A stretch of 64,000 bases of DNA, taken from contig NC_087251.1 in assembly GCF_037042905.1 (NCBI RefSeq), positions 44,518,001 through 44,582,000 of the forward strand, written 5' to 3'. The notes beneath the pieces were generated by a model. That model searched no databases and was not told where the DNA came from. It was given only the letters and a program-made list of their open reading frames with translations. The stretch comes from Lytechinus pictus. Taxonomy: Eukaryota. Positions 28,201 through 42,600 of the stretch are shown one piece after another; the first letter of the stretch is position 1, and each line of letters begins with the position of its first letter. The position numbers and the translations under genes are program-made.

Positions 28201-31200
28201 TCAGTGTCGACATGGCGACCTTCCTCATCGCCAAAGGATGTGATATCCATGCCAAGACGTCGGACGGAGAAACGGCCCTTGACATTGCTATCAAGAGGGT
28301 AAGAGAAAACAAGGCATCACTTCGAAGACACTGGTTGATAACTTAATATTAATTATTATAGAGTTCTTGAGGAGTTCTTGACTTTATGCAGATGCTTAAA
28401 CGCAGCTCTTAAGACACCTGTCGCTATGTAGTTTGTTTTCATCGACGAAATTGTTTTCTATTTTATTATATTAAACCATGCAAAAGAGATGCTTGCATTT
28501 CTATCTATATTGTTATTTCCCTCAGAAAAGGTGTTTTGATACCAAATCTTTTGCAAAAATTTGCTGGAAAGATTACCAACATTACTGTTTACAAAAAATG
28601 TCAAGCTTGAATTAATTCTATTTTAAGCTATTGTTGTGTCAATTTCTTATGTATTTCTTAAAAGCAAAATTTTTAATTGTTTTTATGACAGAATATATTC
28701 AAAAATTCATCGTTTGTAATGTCAATATATTGATGTTATTGCTATTAATCCTCACTGTCTTTATCTCGCTCAGAATCAAGTCAACGCTGACATGGTCAAG
28801 TTCCTCCTGGGCAAAGGCAGTAAGCTAACCAACTTCACCAATGAGAAGAATGAGAATCTACTTCATCTGATGGCCCAACGATGCCTTGACACCGATCAGA
28901 TCGAACTCTTGAACATTGTGGCTGACAATGTATGTATCGTAATTCACTTGTTTTAATCACAATGCTCCAGTATATTTCAAGTCATTAAAAAACTTGATGA
29001 ATGACCTCTTGATTTGACTAGTGGCAAATGAGAATGAAAAGTTGCCAACATCGTACATCTAAAAAATATTACCTCAGGCACACTGCCAGCACCAGGTGAG
29101 CATTTCATGAAAAGACTTGACAGACGTTTTATCCAACAAGTCCTGTTTTATCAGACAGCTACCATAGTAAAAGCGCTTCTCAGCCAATCAAAATCAAGGA
29201 AAGCTGTCAGATCCGACAACGTGTTGGACAAAAATATTGCTGAAATATTCCCTAGATTCTTTGTCGGACTGTAATATTATGAAGTAATTTATTGTCTTCA
29301 CACTGCTTTCATCACCAAAATATATGTATCTGTTATTTTGTGTTCTCACAAATTTTGTCTATTTTTCCGGTTTTCCAGATGAAGAATGAATCTTCTGCCG
29401 ATAGCAAACTTGCTAATGACACCGCCGCCCAGACTCCATCAGCGGCCCAGCCCAATGCTTTCATCAAGCAGCTCGCCCAGGCCAGAGACTCGTCGTGCTA
29501 TACTCCGCTGCTGAGATGGGCTGTTACGTATGTTACATACTCCAGTCGCAAGGTATGATGATTGCAATCAGGGGCATTATAATAGTCTTGGTGTGAGGAG
29601 GAGGAGGAGGAAAAAATATATATGTATATTTTTGCTCATTTTATGCAATTGCTCAAGTCATTGAAACTGCCCTGGCAAGTTTTCTCTTGGAACAATAAAC
29701 TATTGAATGTACTTGAACAATTATTATTTTTGAAGTTCAGAAGGGATACATAACTAAATAAAATAAAATGATCATGTTGAAAAGTTTCCAATGAATGTAT
29801 GAAATTTCTACTTATAAAGAGTAATGAATGAGAATTGTGATAATTCGATCACGTGATATAAAGATATTATTGGATAATGAAAATACTAAAATTGGTAATA
29901 TTTTATTGGATATTTATTTTTGTGATTAGGAGAAAGTTGACATTTGAATTCTCATTTTCCTATTGCTTTATTTGCAGAATGAAGAGCAAGTTGAAAAAGG
30001 CCGATCATTTTTAAAGGTAATGATTCTCTTTTATGGTAGTTGAATACATATACCCATCATCATCAAATTTTCTCAGTAAAAGACAGTGCTTTCTAGTCAA
30101 TTTACTTGTACATTATTTTGCACATATATCATACATATATTAATGTGACTCTGCCTAAGTCGAACCTTTTAAAAATCCATACTTTATTTTATTGTTTGAA
30201 ATAAAAATCTGAGAATAGAAATATTCAGAAAATTCATTTTGCCCAAGTGATCGTGGGCCTGGCAGCCACTGTGTAGTGCCAGATCGACGTGGCTCCTTCC
30301 CTTAAATGTTGAATGCCAAAAAGGTAGCGGCAATTTCCATCTTTTTACGCCTTTTGGTCTTAACACGGACAGGCTTTGAACTCCCGACCTCACGGTTGTG
30401 AGACGGACATTCTACCAAATGAACCAACACATCGGTATCTTGGGACCACAGGATTCTGTTTGAGGCAAATTTTGATGTAAAAGATGCCATGCAAACATGT
30501 TCTGCATATTCTGGTCTGAAATAACGCTTTTGAGCAGGGCGATTATTAAGCTGATTGAAGGTTGACTATTGCCGAGTCGGCTGTATGTTGATTACAGGCA
30601 CATAGACATGCCATATTAAGAATGATAATTTTGTATTTATTCAAATTATGTGTTATTCCTTCACAATCTGTGTTATTGAATCACAATACATGCCATTTAT
30701 ACAGAATATTTGTTACTTATATGCATTATCTAAATCCCATTGTAAAAGTATAATTTGGATGCTCTTTTATCTTACAGCGTTTGCTTGAACTATCACATTC
30801 AGATATCAATGCCAAGATACCGAAGAAGGAAAACACACAGGATGCTCATGGTAATGTAGTTTAACTTACAGACCATTTGTAAATTATACTTTGTAACTCC
30901 AGTTAGGGTCTTGAATTGTAATTTAATTATAAAATACCATGTTATGATATATAATGTATTGTGATTTTGTTGAATGTGATATTGAGTAGATGCACCACAT
31001 ATGTTTGGTAAGGTACGCTACATGTAGCTTTGAGTCTGTTGTGATGGTTTCTAGTATAGTATAATGCAAGTTTAGGGAAATTAATTTCCTAAAACCTGCA
31101 TTAGTCCATGGTTTAGGCCATGACACCAAGCGCAAATGTAATAATAATAATAATAATATAGGGTATTTATATTGCGCACATATCCACCTTGTTAGGTGCT

Positions 31201-33668
31201 CAAGGCGCTCCTATATTACCCGGCTAAGCTAGGCGTTCATAGCGCACACAGCTTTTTAAGGAATTATTTCATACCGGTACCCATTTACCTCTCCTGGGTT
31301 GAGTGCAGCACATTGTGGACCAGTTTCTTGCTGAAGGAAATTACGCCATGGCTGGGATTCGAACCCACGACCCTCTGTTTCAAAGTCCGAAGACTAATCC
31401 ACTGGGCCACAACGCTCCACATGTAGCGCATTTTACCAAACACACACCTTTTTTATACAAGAATCACATGACCTTTCCAAGTGCAAATGTCAAATGAAGC
31501 ATGTCCCTATGCCACAACATCTGAAAACTTGATGGTCTAAATTCAAACTCCCTTTGTTTTCCACACACGAGTAATTACATGATCTTTATTTTCACCCACT
31601 AATTTACAGCTGAAAAGAATGTGCTCCACCTGCTCTGTGAGATGACTGAGAAATCGAAGGCGGGGCTCAGTAGTTTCCCAGCCCTGGACATCATCCTTAC
31701 GTACAAACCCGACCTCAATGCCAGAGATAAGGATGGCCGTACCCCTCTAATCAAGGCTGTGAAGACAGGCCGAATTGCACTTGTAGAGACACTTGTAAGT
31801 TTGACAGCATGTATTTACTAGAGAAAGAATTATTATGATACTCCACTTTAGGTACATGTAGCTCTGGATTAACTTAGGGGGGGGGGGTGAATATACTTCT
31901 GATATGTAATATTATGTAATAACTGTTAATGTTAATCTACACAATTTGTATGACAATGCCAATGAAAATGTTTAAACACAATACAAATGTATCTTGATTG
32001 TTGGGAGAAAGGGGTAATAAACTGAAACTGAAATTGAATTTATCCACATTTTTGTACTTTATTTCCATCGGGTTGTTTGAGCTATCCAATGAGGAAGAAA
32101 TATTGATATCTCCATCTATTTCAGTTTGAGATCCCCCCAAAAGTGAGGATTGGTTTATGAGCTCTCAAAAGTTTGCCTTGTGAATAAGGACAGATTAAGA
32201 AAAGGAGTCTATTCATAGGCCAGCTAATTGAAAATAGTGATTTTCACAGACAACGGTAATAAGCTACTGAAATCCTTGCATCTGATTGGCTCAGAACAAA
32301 TTAATTTCTGGAAATCACTGACTATTTGCTGCGTGAAACACTCCTCTGGTAATTCAAATCATGTATCTGCATGATGTCTTCGTATGATTTCTAGTAGGGG
32401 CGTCATGGTCTAGTGGTTACGACTCTCGTCTTTCAGTCAGAAGGGACGTGGGTTCGAATCCCAGCCACGGCGTGTTTTCCTTCAGCAAGAAATTTTCCCA
32501 CATTGTGCTGCACTCGACCCAGGTGAGGTGAACGGGTACCCGGTAGGATTTATTCCCTGACTCTTCAGCGCCGATATGGCGGCTCAACTACGGCAGGGGT
32601 AATAAAATGACACCACGTATCAAAGCGCAGTTGAGTATAATGCATGAAGTAACAGCTGTATTTAAATGAACGTATTATTATCATATCTTTGTTTGTATTT
32701 CAGGTGAAGGAAGGGGCAAATGTAAATCTGAAATCCCAAGAGAAAGACAGCGACAAACTGGCTACACCCCTCAATCTTGCCATAAGGTAAGAATATATCT
32801 ACAAGGCAGGTGCAGCCTTTGTTAATAGCATCAACTACATGTTATCTCATTCAAATAATTAAAAAAAAATAATAATAATGTCAAATATGGTTAGCCAGCA
32901 ATGCCTTCTTAGTGCAGTTATTCAAAAAGTTGATATTTTTTTGCTTGAATCCTCAATATGATCAATGGGCAAGCTGCATTATGCTTACAAAGGTACAGGG
33001 CATACCCTCTTACATGACGAATTATGATGTGGTTGGCTTTCCATAGTATAGATGTATTGGAATTTAATATAATTTTTAGAAGGAAGGCCCTTATCTTATG
33101 CTGCAGTCACATCAACCAAACAAACTCCAAACCGACTGATGATATGTCATTGAAAATAATGTAATAGATTTGGTTGGTGTGGAGTCGCTTACGCCAATGT
33201 GACAGCGGCTTTGTACACTATACATTAAAAAAAAAAAACGTTGTATTGTAAGCGATATATCTTGCTAATCTCGCTGTTTTTGTTGAAATCTTGTTTCTAT
33301 AGGGATGGTCATTTTGGAATGGTAGATCTCCTCATCACTGATTCGACAGTGAATGCTCCTAACGAACCAAACAGGCTGACACCATTCCACTATGTTGTCA
33401 TGTCACATCGCAGTAAGTCCCTCGTTGCTTTATTGTTTTGAAACAAATGATTAAGATTAATGATTCTGATTTACAATGGAGGAAATCACAATGATGATGA
33501 AGAAGAAAAGGGCGACTGTGATGATAGTGATGATGATGATGGTTTTGTTGGTGGTGGTTATGATGATGATGAGGACGAGGACGAGGAGGAGGAGGAGGAT
33601 GAAAGTGATGATAAATAACAATGATAAGGATAAAGAAGAAATTGGTGATGATGATGATTATGGTGATG

Positions 33669-33699
<31 letters not shown>

Positions 33700-36600
33700 G
33701 GTGGTGGTGGTGGTGATGATGATGATGATGATGATGTTGAAAGTGATGATAAAATCACATTGATGATGAAGAATTTTCAAAAAAACATTTTTGTACATTT
33801 TATTTTTCAACATTATCACCAATGTTTCCAAGCAATGTATGGTCTATGACATGTGTGACATTACATACCACATTAACGTAATCGTTGATGTCATCATGAT
33901 GTGTGTTAAACCCGTAACAAATGGTTGAACAAGTAATTCTGCAATCCCCTTTCTCCACCCACAGATGTGCTGAGTCAGGTGATCTGTCAGGTGATTAGGA
34001 AGCTCCTGGCCAAAGGAGCCAGGATCCAGGCCAGAGACTGGAAAGGGAGGATACCCTTACACTATGCATGCAAGACCTATATCAATGACAGGGATCCGAG
34101 CACGGATGCCCTGGAGCTCCTCCTAGACAACAAGGCTGACGTCTTCGCCGAGGACAACGAAGGAAGACTGCCACTCCACTACCTCTTCTTTGATATGATT
34201 AAGTATGTATTCTGTTCCAGAATATTGTTGTCTTTTTCAGCGATGGGGGTTAGGCGATGAGTCTGATGTATCGAGGTGGCGGTGCTTTCATAAAGCATGT
34301 TTGAATTTTCCCAATTATACATGGACATAAGAACACAACCTTATTTAGCAAGTCTACATTAATATTTAGATAATAAATTATAATTGTTAACAATGCAATG
34401 ACCCATTGACTTTTGATATTTGACTGATATTTATGCAATCTTTCATGTGTAAATTAGATTTTTTGTTAAAGAAGAAACCATTACTGCTTTTCTAATGTAG
34501 AACTGATTCATTTTCATTTTTGTTCTTCAATAGGGATGAGCATGTGTGTGGTTCAGTGACCTCATTCTGTAAATGGTTCATGTCTGGATTAGATAGTCAC
34601 TGAATTATATTTTCAGTTCATGTCATGATCTTTCTCCATTTTTCCGTTGCTTTATGCATATGTCTAAAGGCGACCGCACACCTTACGACTGTTCGTGATC
34701 CGATTTTGGAACAAATCGCACTTTGCTCATTTTCTGAAAATGTGAATGGAATATATCATTTTATTTGAGGTTAAAATTAATCGAAAGAATACTAATATAA
34801 CCATTTTGAAAGATTGCAAGCCTTTATTTTGGAGTAAAGGCCAAATTAGTTTCAAATCGTAGCCAATCGTACGACTGCTATGACGTCATTACGACTAGAT
34901 ATTAAATTCGCTTTTATTCTAAGAAGGATGATAGCATAGTCACAGATTTGAACATAGGTATTCGTACAATGATTTAGAACATTACACAGTAAGATATTCC
35001 AAGTCTTAATATTAGCATCAAATTCTACTACATTTTATTCTGAAATCGGGTAGCAGACCAATCGTAAGGTGTGCGGTCGCCTTAAGAGTTGAAGATTGAA
35101 AGCTATCTATAATGCCTAAATACATAACATACAATTATAATCATCAAATACTGTATGCATTTGTGGAATCCTCTATGATAATAAATACATTTTTTTTCCC
35201 AGTCCCAATGAGAAATCTTCAATCGATCCTATTGAGGCTTCAAGTCTGTTGAAAGACGCAATGAGGAAACAGAAGATAGGTCACCCAGACAAGCAAGGAC
35301 AGACCCCCATCCATGCTGCAGCGCTAAGAGGGGCTATTATCTCACTCATGGATCTTGCCGATGTAAGTCTAATTTTTATATCCCATCAGCCCCCCATGCC
35401 CCCCCCCCCCAAAAAAAAAAAGATTGCTGTAACAGGAAAATGATGGGGTCGGTCGGTCTACATTTTCCTCTTTTAAAAAAATGATGTGAAAGCCTATTTT
35501 TCCTTTGGATGGGGACTCCTCGCAAATATCATAGACCAAAAACGAAATATGGAGCTCAAGTGTTGTCCAGACTGTACCATTTCTTAGTTTTATTAACTTT
35601 TCCAATATATATTTTTGTATGTATGATGGAAATTAGGGGCAGTCAGCACATTTATTATTGTTATTTATTTTTTTGATTGAATGAAACTACAACTAGCGTA
35701 GGTTGGGTTGTGGCAAATAGAGTGATTTTTTTTCATCATCATAATCATATATCAATGACTACAATCACTATGAAGAATTCATTCATTGTATATAGATGTC
35801 AGATTATGAGCTTTTTGTCTTTGAGTACTTTCAATGAACCCTTGATATTACTACCTCCAGCTTTAATATCTGGCAGATATATAGTGCTCATTGCATCCTT
35901 GGAATGAATCTTAACCAGAATCTCTTACTATTAATTATACTGATGCACATCCAATCGAAAGGTAATTGTCTCTGTGTGAGATTCATATTCAAATTATTGG
36001 AAATACCAATAAATGCCCAGTTTGTTTTAGGCTTTGGCACCTACTATGCAAACTCTTTTAAGATCAACTTTTTTGTTGTTGACAGTGTGTTAACAGTGTG
36101 GATACGAGAGATTCTGTTGGAAACACTCCCCTATCTATGGCATGTATGGGAGAACACATCAGGTGAGATACATTTCTTCTTTAACCTTGTATTCTCTTCT
36201 AAAAGCTAAGTACCTACAGTTGCACTAAACAGTATTTTCCTCTGATGCAAAGTTTTGTTTCTTTGGATTTTTAGTTTGATTTTCATGATTCTCACTGTTT
36301 TTTTTGTAATTCTACTTTTTGGACCTGAAAATGTTTGGTTTCTATGAAATTCTATGAATTCCCTGTTCTTCTCAAATTGATAATATTGATAATAATTCAA
36401 TGTTCATATAGCGCCTATTCGAATTTCTATAAGCGCTTTACATTACAAAACCCAACTACGTAACTTAATTAACTAAACTCAATTACTTATCTAACAATAA
36501 CTACCTGTAATAGCTTGACAACCAACGTAACTTCCTTAAAGCTCTTATCTGCGGGTAAATTCTGTGATATTTGTTCATCTTCTTTGTCATGTTATGTTTT

Positions 36601-39600
36601 GTTATGTTATGTTATGTGATGTGATGATACGTTAAATTATGTTATGTTACATTACTTTATGTTACATTTAAGTTAAATTGTGTTTTATTACATTACATAT
36701 CATTGTGTCATGTTATGTCATTCTGTTATGTTTCATTGAATAGTTTTCTGTCATTTTATTCTGTGACAGCGTGGTGATCTTCCTGCTCCAGCGGGGGGCC
36801 GACATCTCGGCGACCGTCACCCGCCTCGAACGCCTCAAAGACGAAGAGGTGGAGAAAGCCAGGAAGAAGAAAGAAGAAGAGGAGAAGACGAAGGAGCTTT
36901 TCTGGGAGTGGAGGCCCCTGCGGGAGAAGACGGGCAGGAAGGCCATGCCGACCGTTGCGGAGACCCTGTTCAGGAGGGTGGTGAAGAACGGGTGGCAGGG
37001 AATCCTCTTCCTGCTCATGGACAGACTGGAGAAGTTCAAAGTACCTTACATCACACCCATCAAGGTAAACCAACAGCCATCCGTGCAAATAAATCCGTTC
37101 CACAACATTTGTTCTGGCAACAGTTGGTCCACTATAAATTCCACACACTAATCGAATGACCAACTTCAACCCTTGATTTTATACTCTACCCTACCCTAAC
37201 CATAAACCTATCATAAAACCCTATTGCAATCATTACCCGAACCCTACATCGAGGAGCAAGCCAGGAGCAATTGTTGCAGGAGTAAATGTTACCATTAAAT
37301 GTAGTAAAGCCAAAGTGATGTAGTTGCAGCAATCAATAATTCAATGAAAAAGTCTTTTAGATAAAGGTTACTTCGTGCATTTCATAATGCTTACACTCGA
37401 GTAGCCCCCTCATTATGATGTCAGTCATTTGCATTAATCTTGAGAGATTGATTAAAGTGTATGCAACGCCATGCATTAATCACAGTGCTTTTTGTTTGCA
37501 AAGTAATTACAGACCTCATTTTAAATCTTCAGTATATCTTGGATCTCACTCTCTGTTCGTTGTGAAATCAATTTTTTGTTCATTGAATGAGTTGAACGAT
37601 CTTCTCTGTTGCTTATATGATTGGAGGCAGTTGTTGAGGAGCATAGGTTTCGCATGGCTTAGATGCTAATCTCAAAATCTAGAGGTTGATGGTCTAGCTG
37701 CTAAGCAACAAATAAATTGAAATGAATCAAACAGTCTTCTCTGTGTCTTGTTTGATTGTAGGCTGCTATTGAGGAGCACAGATATCAGATGGCTCTGAAT
37801 CTAGTCTCCAAGTCCAGAGGTCACAAGGTCGATGGTGTCGCTGCGAAGCAACAGAACCTTCTACACATCCTGGCCTTACAGCCTGCTGATCAGCTTTCTA
37901 ACAAGGTAAAGAATAGTCACAAAGTCTTTTTAGTGAAAAAAATTCATTTCTGACTGCCCGAATAACATGCATAAGTAGAGTTGTAGTAGTTCAGTTAATC
38001 TGTTGAATACTGAATTCTGTCATTCCAATAGACTTTGTACAGGTATCACCTGGTTCCAACAGGCAACGGGTTAATATGTCTCCAGACATTGAACCACATG
38101 CTAATGGGTGAAAATCTCTGACCATAAATGAAAAAAAAAATCGCTCGAGACAAAAATATTCATCAGTCTCTGCTGATTTTCCCTATTGTAATCTGACCTA
38201 CTTTTATGGTGGATGTATCTGGAATTCGAAATGAAGAACAAAATGAAATTTTGAATTCTTGACAATACGCTTTATGCTGAGGATATTGAGTATGGCCCAA
38301 TTTGACAAATAGAACATTTCCCTTCTTTGAATACTCTCAATCATTGTATATCCTGCTTTTTTATTGATTGCTAAATGTAATTTAATTCAATTTTCTTTGT
38401 TACCCAGGTTGCTGAGAAATTACTTTCAAAGGGAGTAAGCCTCACTCATGACCAGTTCAAATGTACGCCGCTAACTTATGCCGTCCTTTCGGAAAACATA
38501 GGGCTTGCAAAGTTCTTGTGGGGTAAGTGGCTTCAAAAATTAATATATGCTGTACCATCCAACCTACGTACTTTAGGGAACACCTACTTAGAAGATACTT
38601 TTATTTTCGAAAGGTTAGCTGTATTTTTATGTTCACTAACATCATGACTAATGGGTAACAAACAAACTAAACAACAAAATAGCATCTTATGAGTAGCATC
38701 TTATGACAAAGTATAGACAAGGTATTTGAAAAAAGAAGACAATTTACAAGAGAGAAGTGGCTACACATTTACATGACTTGTATAGGATAGATAAACTGCA
38801 TTTTTTTGTGGAAAGAATTAACTGACTTGGTCTTAGTTACATCTTTAGGATGTGAAAGTGTAAATTTATGACATTTTTTTTTCATGTTTGCTTGTAGGTC
38901 ATATGAAGCAGCAGGGTGGCAAGCAGGCATTGACCAGTACTGACGTGAAGGGACGAAGCCTCTTGGCCACAGCTTTCTGGAGGAGGGAATACTTTGACAC
39001 AAATCTAGTCAGGTGAATTATCATTCTCGTGCAATATCATAATACAATGTGGGTGTTGCAAGAAAATAATTGCAATCAATTGCAGTTTTCTGTTGCAATT
39101 TTACAATTGATAGATCAAGTTAAGCTGCTGCAAATGCGCTTACACTCTTTTTTTGCCTGAAGCAGATCAACGACCGATTGCAAAGTGACATGATTGATAT
39201 AAAATATATTTGCCTTTGACTGCAAGTTTCTTGTTTACCACTCTATGGTGTATCTGAAAACCTATTAACCTAGTCTTACCACCATGCAATCCTTCAAAGC
39301 TAACAGTGAATAGATACTCATCACATTGTGCAAAGTGATACTCTAGTTACAAAAATCTCTTCCTTCGCCCTTCCACGGGAATGATAACTTGTCAATTATA
39401 ATCTGTGACCTTTGAACATTGTTCTTCCATGCATATAGCTGGCTGATGGAGGTTGGAGCCTCCCTCAACGTTGCATTCCCTGTTCCCCTGTGGGAGACCG
39501 AGGGGAGTGGTGCAGAGACCATCCCGGCCGACAAACTCGAGGAGTGGTTCCACCACCGTGAAGACCACCCCGTGGGCTACCTCACACCCCTCCTTGCTGC

Positions 39601-42600
39601 TCTCAGGGTCGCCAGCTTCGACCGTGTGAAGTTCCTCCTGACCAAAGGGGCGGACCCTAACTTACCGGCCAAGGACATGCTAACCCCACTCATGTGTGCT
39701 GTCAGGAAGGTGAGACAATCTTGACAAGGGTATCAAGGATATCAAGTTTCACATGTTGAATTAATCATCAGTTCTCTTTTTTTCATTCTGTTTAACATTA
39801 CATTTATGTTAAAATTAATAAATTTGTATCATTTGGTAGCTGCTGGAGAAAAATAATTTTGCTGAAGATTTATTATGTTGATAATATTGTATTTATCTAA
39901 ATCATGCATGTACATTTGTTTCATTTTTGTTCATGTTGTGTAAGGAAATATAGTATTTGATGATACTTTTTGTTATACTATGTTATACTTAATGGTCGAA
40001 AGATCTGAAATAAATATTTTTATTATTGTTGTTGTTATTATTTTCATTATTATGAATATATTTTTGTCTCTCACATTCAGAATAATCTCAAACTTGTGAA
40101 GCTTCTTCTGAACTATGACTATGACCCAGCAAAAGACAGCAATGCAGACTCATCATCTGCGAAAACTGCCAACACTACTTTTAATTCGTTGGGTTCTTTT
40201 GGAGTTAGAAAGTGGAAAGGTAAGTCTTGCTCTTAAACTTTCAGATATATTCTTTCACTTTATTGTTGTCAAATTGTGTTATGATGTTGCATGTTGATTG
40301 ACTTGTGGTAAAATGGAGAATTTTCTGCAATATTACCCATTGTGGAGTAACCTAGATGTAACAACAGAATATGAATTATTTAAATTTTAAAGTGATTGTT
40401 CGAAGTTTTTTTTTTTTTTCTTGCTTATACATTATTTAGACTGGTCCAAACTTGAAATAAAGGGGCAAAAGTTTTCCGGAGGCACTTTCCCATCAAGTTT
40501 CTGACACCCCCCCTTCCAATAAAAAAGAAAGCAAAAATGTCATCAAAATTCTATTTGGGGAGGGGCATTTCTCCCCCTGCCCCCCCCCCCCCCTCCATGT
40601 GATCTATAAGACATTCTTTATTAATGATCATTCTCTTTCAGCTTTGCATTTGTTATGCCATAGAGAACCTCAAGTAGTTAATCAATGTGGGAAATGCCTC
40701 TTTATTGATATCCTGTATGCTTTATCACATTCTTTTACACCAGCTGGAGGTACCGGTCTCTTCAACGGAGATGATGCCGAGATGGACGAGGATGAGGAGG
40801 AGGAGGATGATGAAATCGATGAAGAGAACGAAGATGAAGAAAATGAAGATGAAGAGAACGAAGATGAAGAGAACGAAGATGAAGATGCAGAGATGGATGA
40901 GAATGGCGATGGAGAGAACGAGGAGGATGAGGAGGAGATGGACCACGATGGAAGCCAAGAGAACGGAGAAGTCTCGGAGGAGGATGACAAGGAAAAAGAC
41001 AAAAAGAAACCAGAAGAGAGTAAGGATATATCTAAAGTATTACCCAAAGAATATGTATGAACCTATTATAAGGGAATTGCCATCGTCATACTGCTTAATA
41101 TAAATGCAGAAATTAAGTACAGTACCAGTATCAGTTTGGTACTTTGTAAAATTTAAAGATGTTTACGGGTTGTAATAGTTTACTCTTGATTTGCACAATA
41201 CTTCATATTCGGAAATGTGATTATTTTTACCTATAGATACTACAATATGGGGATATATCAACCCCCAATTTTTTTTTTAGGAAAGCTACAGCATAGAGAT
41301 GGGGGAATAAAATATTGGTTAGGGATGACCTTTGTATAACCAGTTTCCTGGGACCCTGGTGGCAAGTTTGATTGGAGTAATGTGAATAATGTCTATGTTG
41401 TATAGCAATTTAAGGTGGATTTCTTGTAGGAAATGCATTGAAGTCTACTTTGTTTACATTATTGTTATGCATGTCGGTAATGTATCATGAACCTGATATC
41501 GCCTGTTCAGTCGAATTTCAATGTCTCATTCAGCCCTAGTTTTCTTGTTCAAACTTTTTCAAATCAGCAAGGGTGAGTTTTTGATGCTTTCACTACTCAC
41601 CAATCAATTTTGACGATATTGTTCTTCTTATCAGAGGAAAAACCTTTCATCAAGACGAGCAACGTCGACCTATCAGCGAGAGACTCTAGAGGGCGCAATG
41701 TCATCCATCACCTTATGTGTACTTGCGACTTTGGCACGTACCAGAATGAGGCCATGCTGAAGCTGTTCCACAGTTTAGGGGTTCCCCTGGACACCAAGGA
41801 TGGCGAGGGGAAGTCCCCACTGGACTATGCCTTGGAAGCTGGCTCACACATCATGGCTGAGCTGTTACAGAGGCTGCAGGGCATTAAGAAACCTCAAATG
41901 GTATGCTTGCAGATATTTGATAAATAGCTAAGGATGCTGCTTTTCAAGCCCCTTGAAATTTGCCAAGGATCCCTGTTTAAGACTTGTACCTTCACTCTAC
42001 TTTTAATTATTGTTCATTCATTGATGACATGGATAATGTTATGTGATGTTTTGTGGAAATAAAAATAAACTTGAAACTTGATCAACTTATTTTGACAGAT
42101 TATACCGCTCCATTCTATCTATTATTCAGGCAAACGTACACATTGTTATGCCAGCCTTTTACCAAGTTGATTATATTACAAACAATCGCAATAAAATAAT
42201 CCACTGGCCTATATTTACAATTTTTCAGCTTATTTTTTCAAGTTAATATAAGATTACATGATTCTTTGACTCTGATGCTGCAATACAGTCATCTCCACTA
42301 ATCTGAGAATGCATTATGGATCTAAGATCACCTATGGTCAGGTATCACACATCAGTATTGCCACTCAGATATTTAACATTGTGTTCTAAAACAACCCTAC
42401 TGTAGTTTGTCAGCAGCAAATTTATTCATTCTCTCTGATGATCTGAGCTTGTCACACAGTTCTGAGATCACCCATAATCAAATATCACATCAATATTGTC
42501 ATTTAGATATTTAATATTTTGTTCTAAGAAACCCTACTGTATTCTATCAACAGCAACTACCAACCTTAAAGAAGAGTACATGGACAGACGGTTATTCTTG

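Noticed and set aside
33476..33763. 95-aa Met/Val ORF and antisense Ser/Pro/His ORF
   Set aside because: Trinucleotide microsatellite in an intron; exons 26 and 27 join in phase without it.
40682..41103. Antisense poly-Ser and alternative-frame ORFs
   Set aside because: Shadows of the acidic exon 36.
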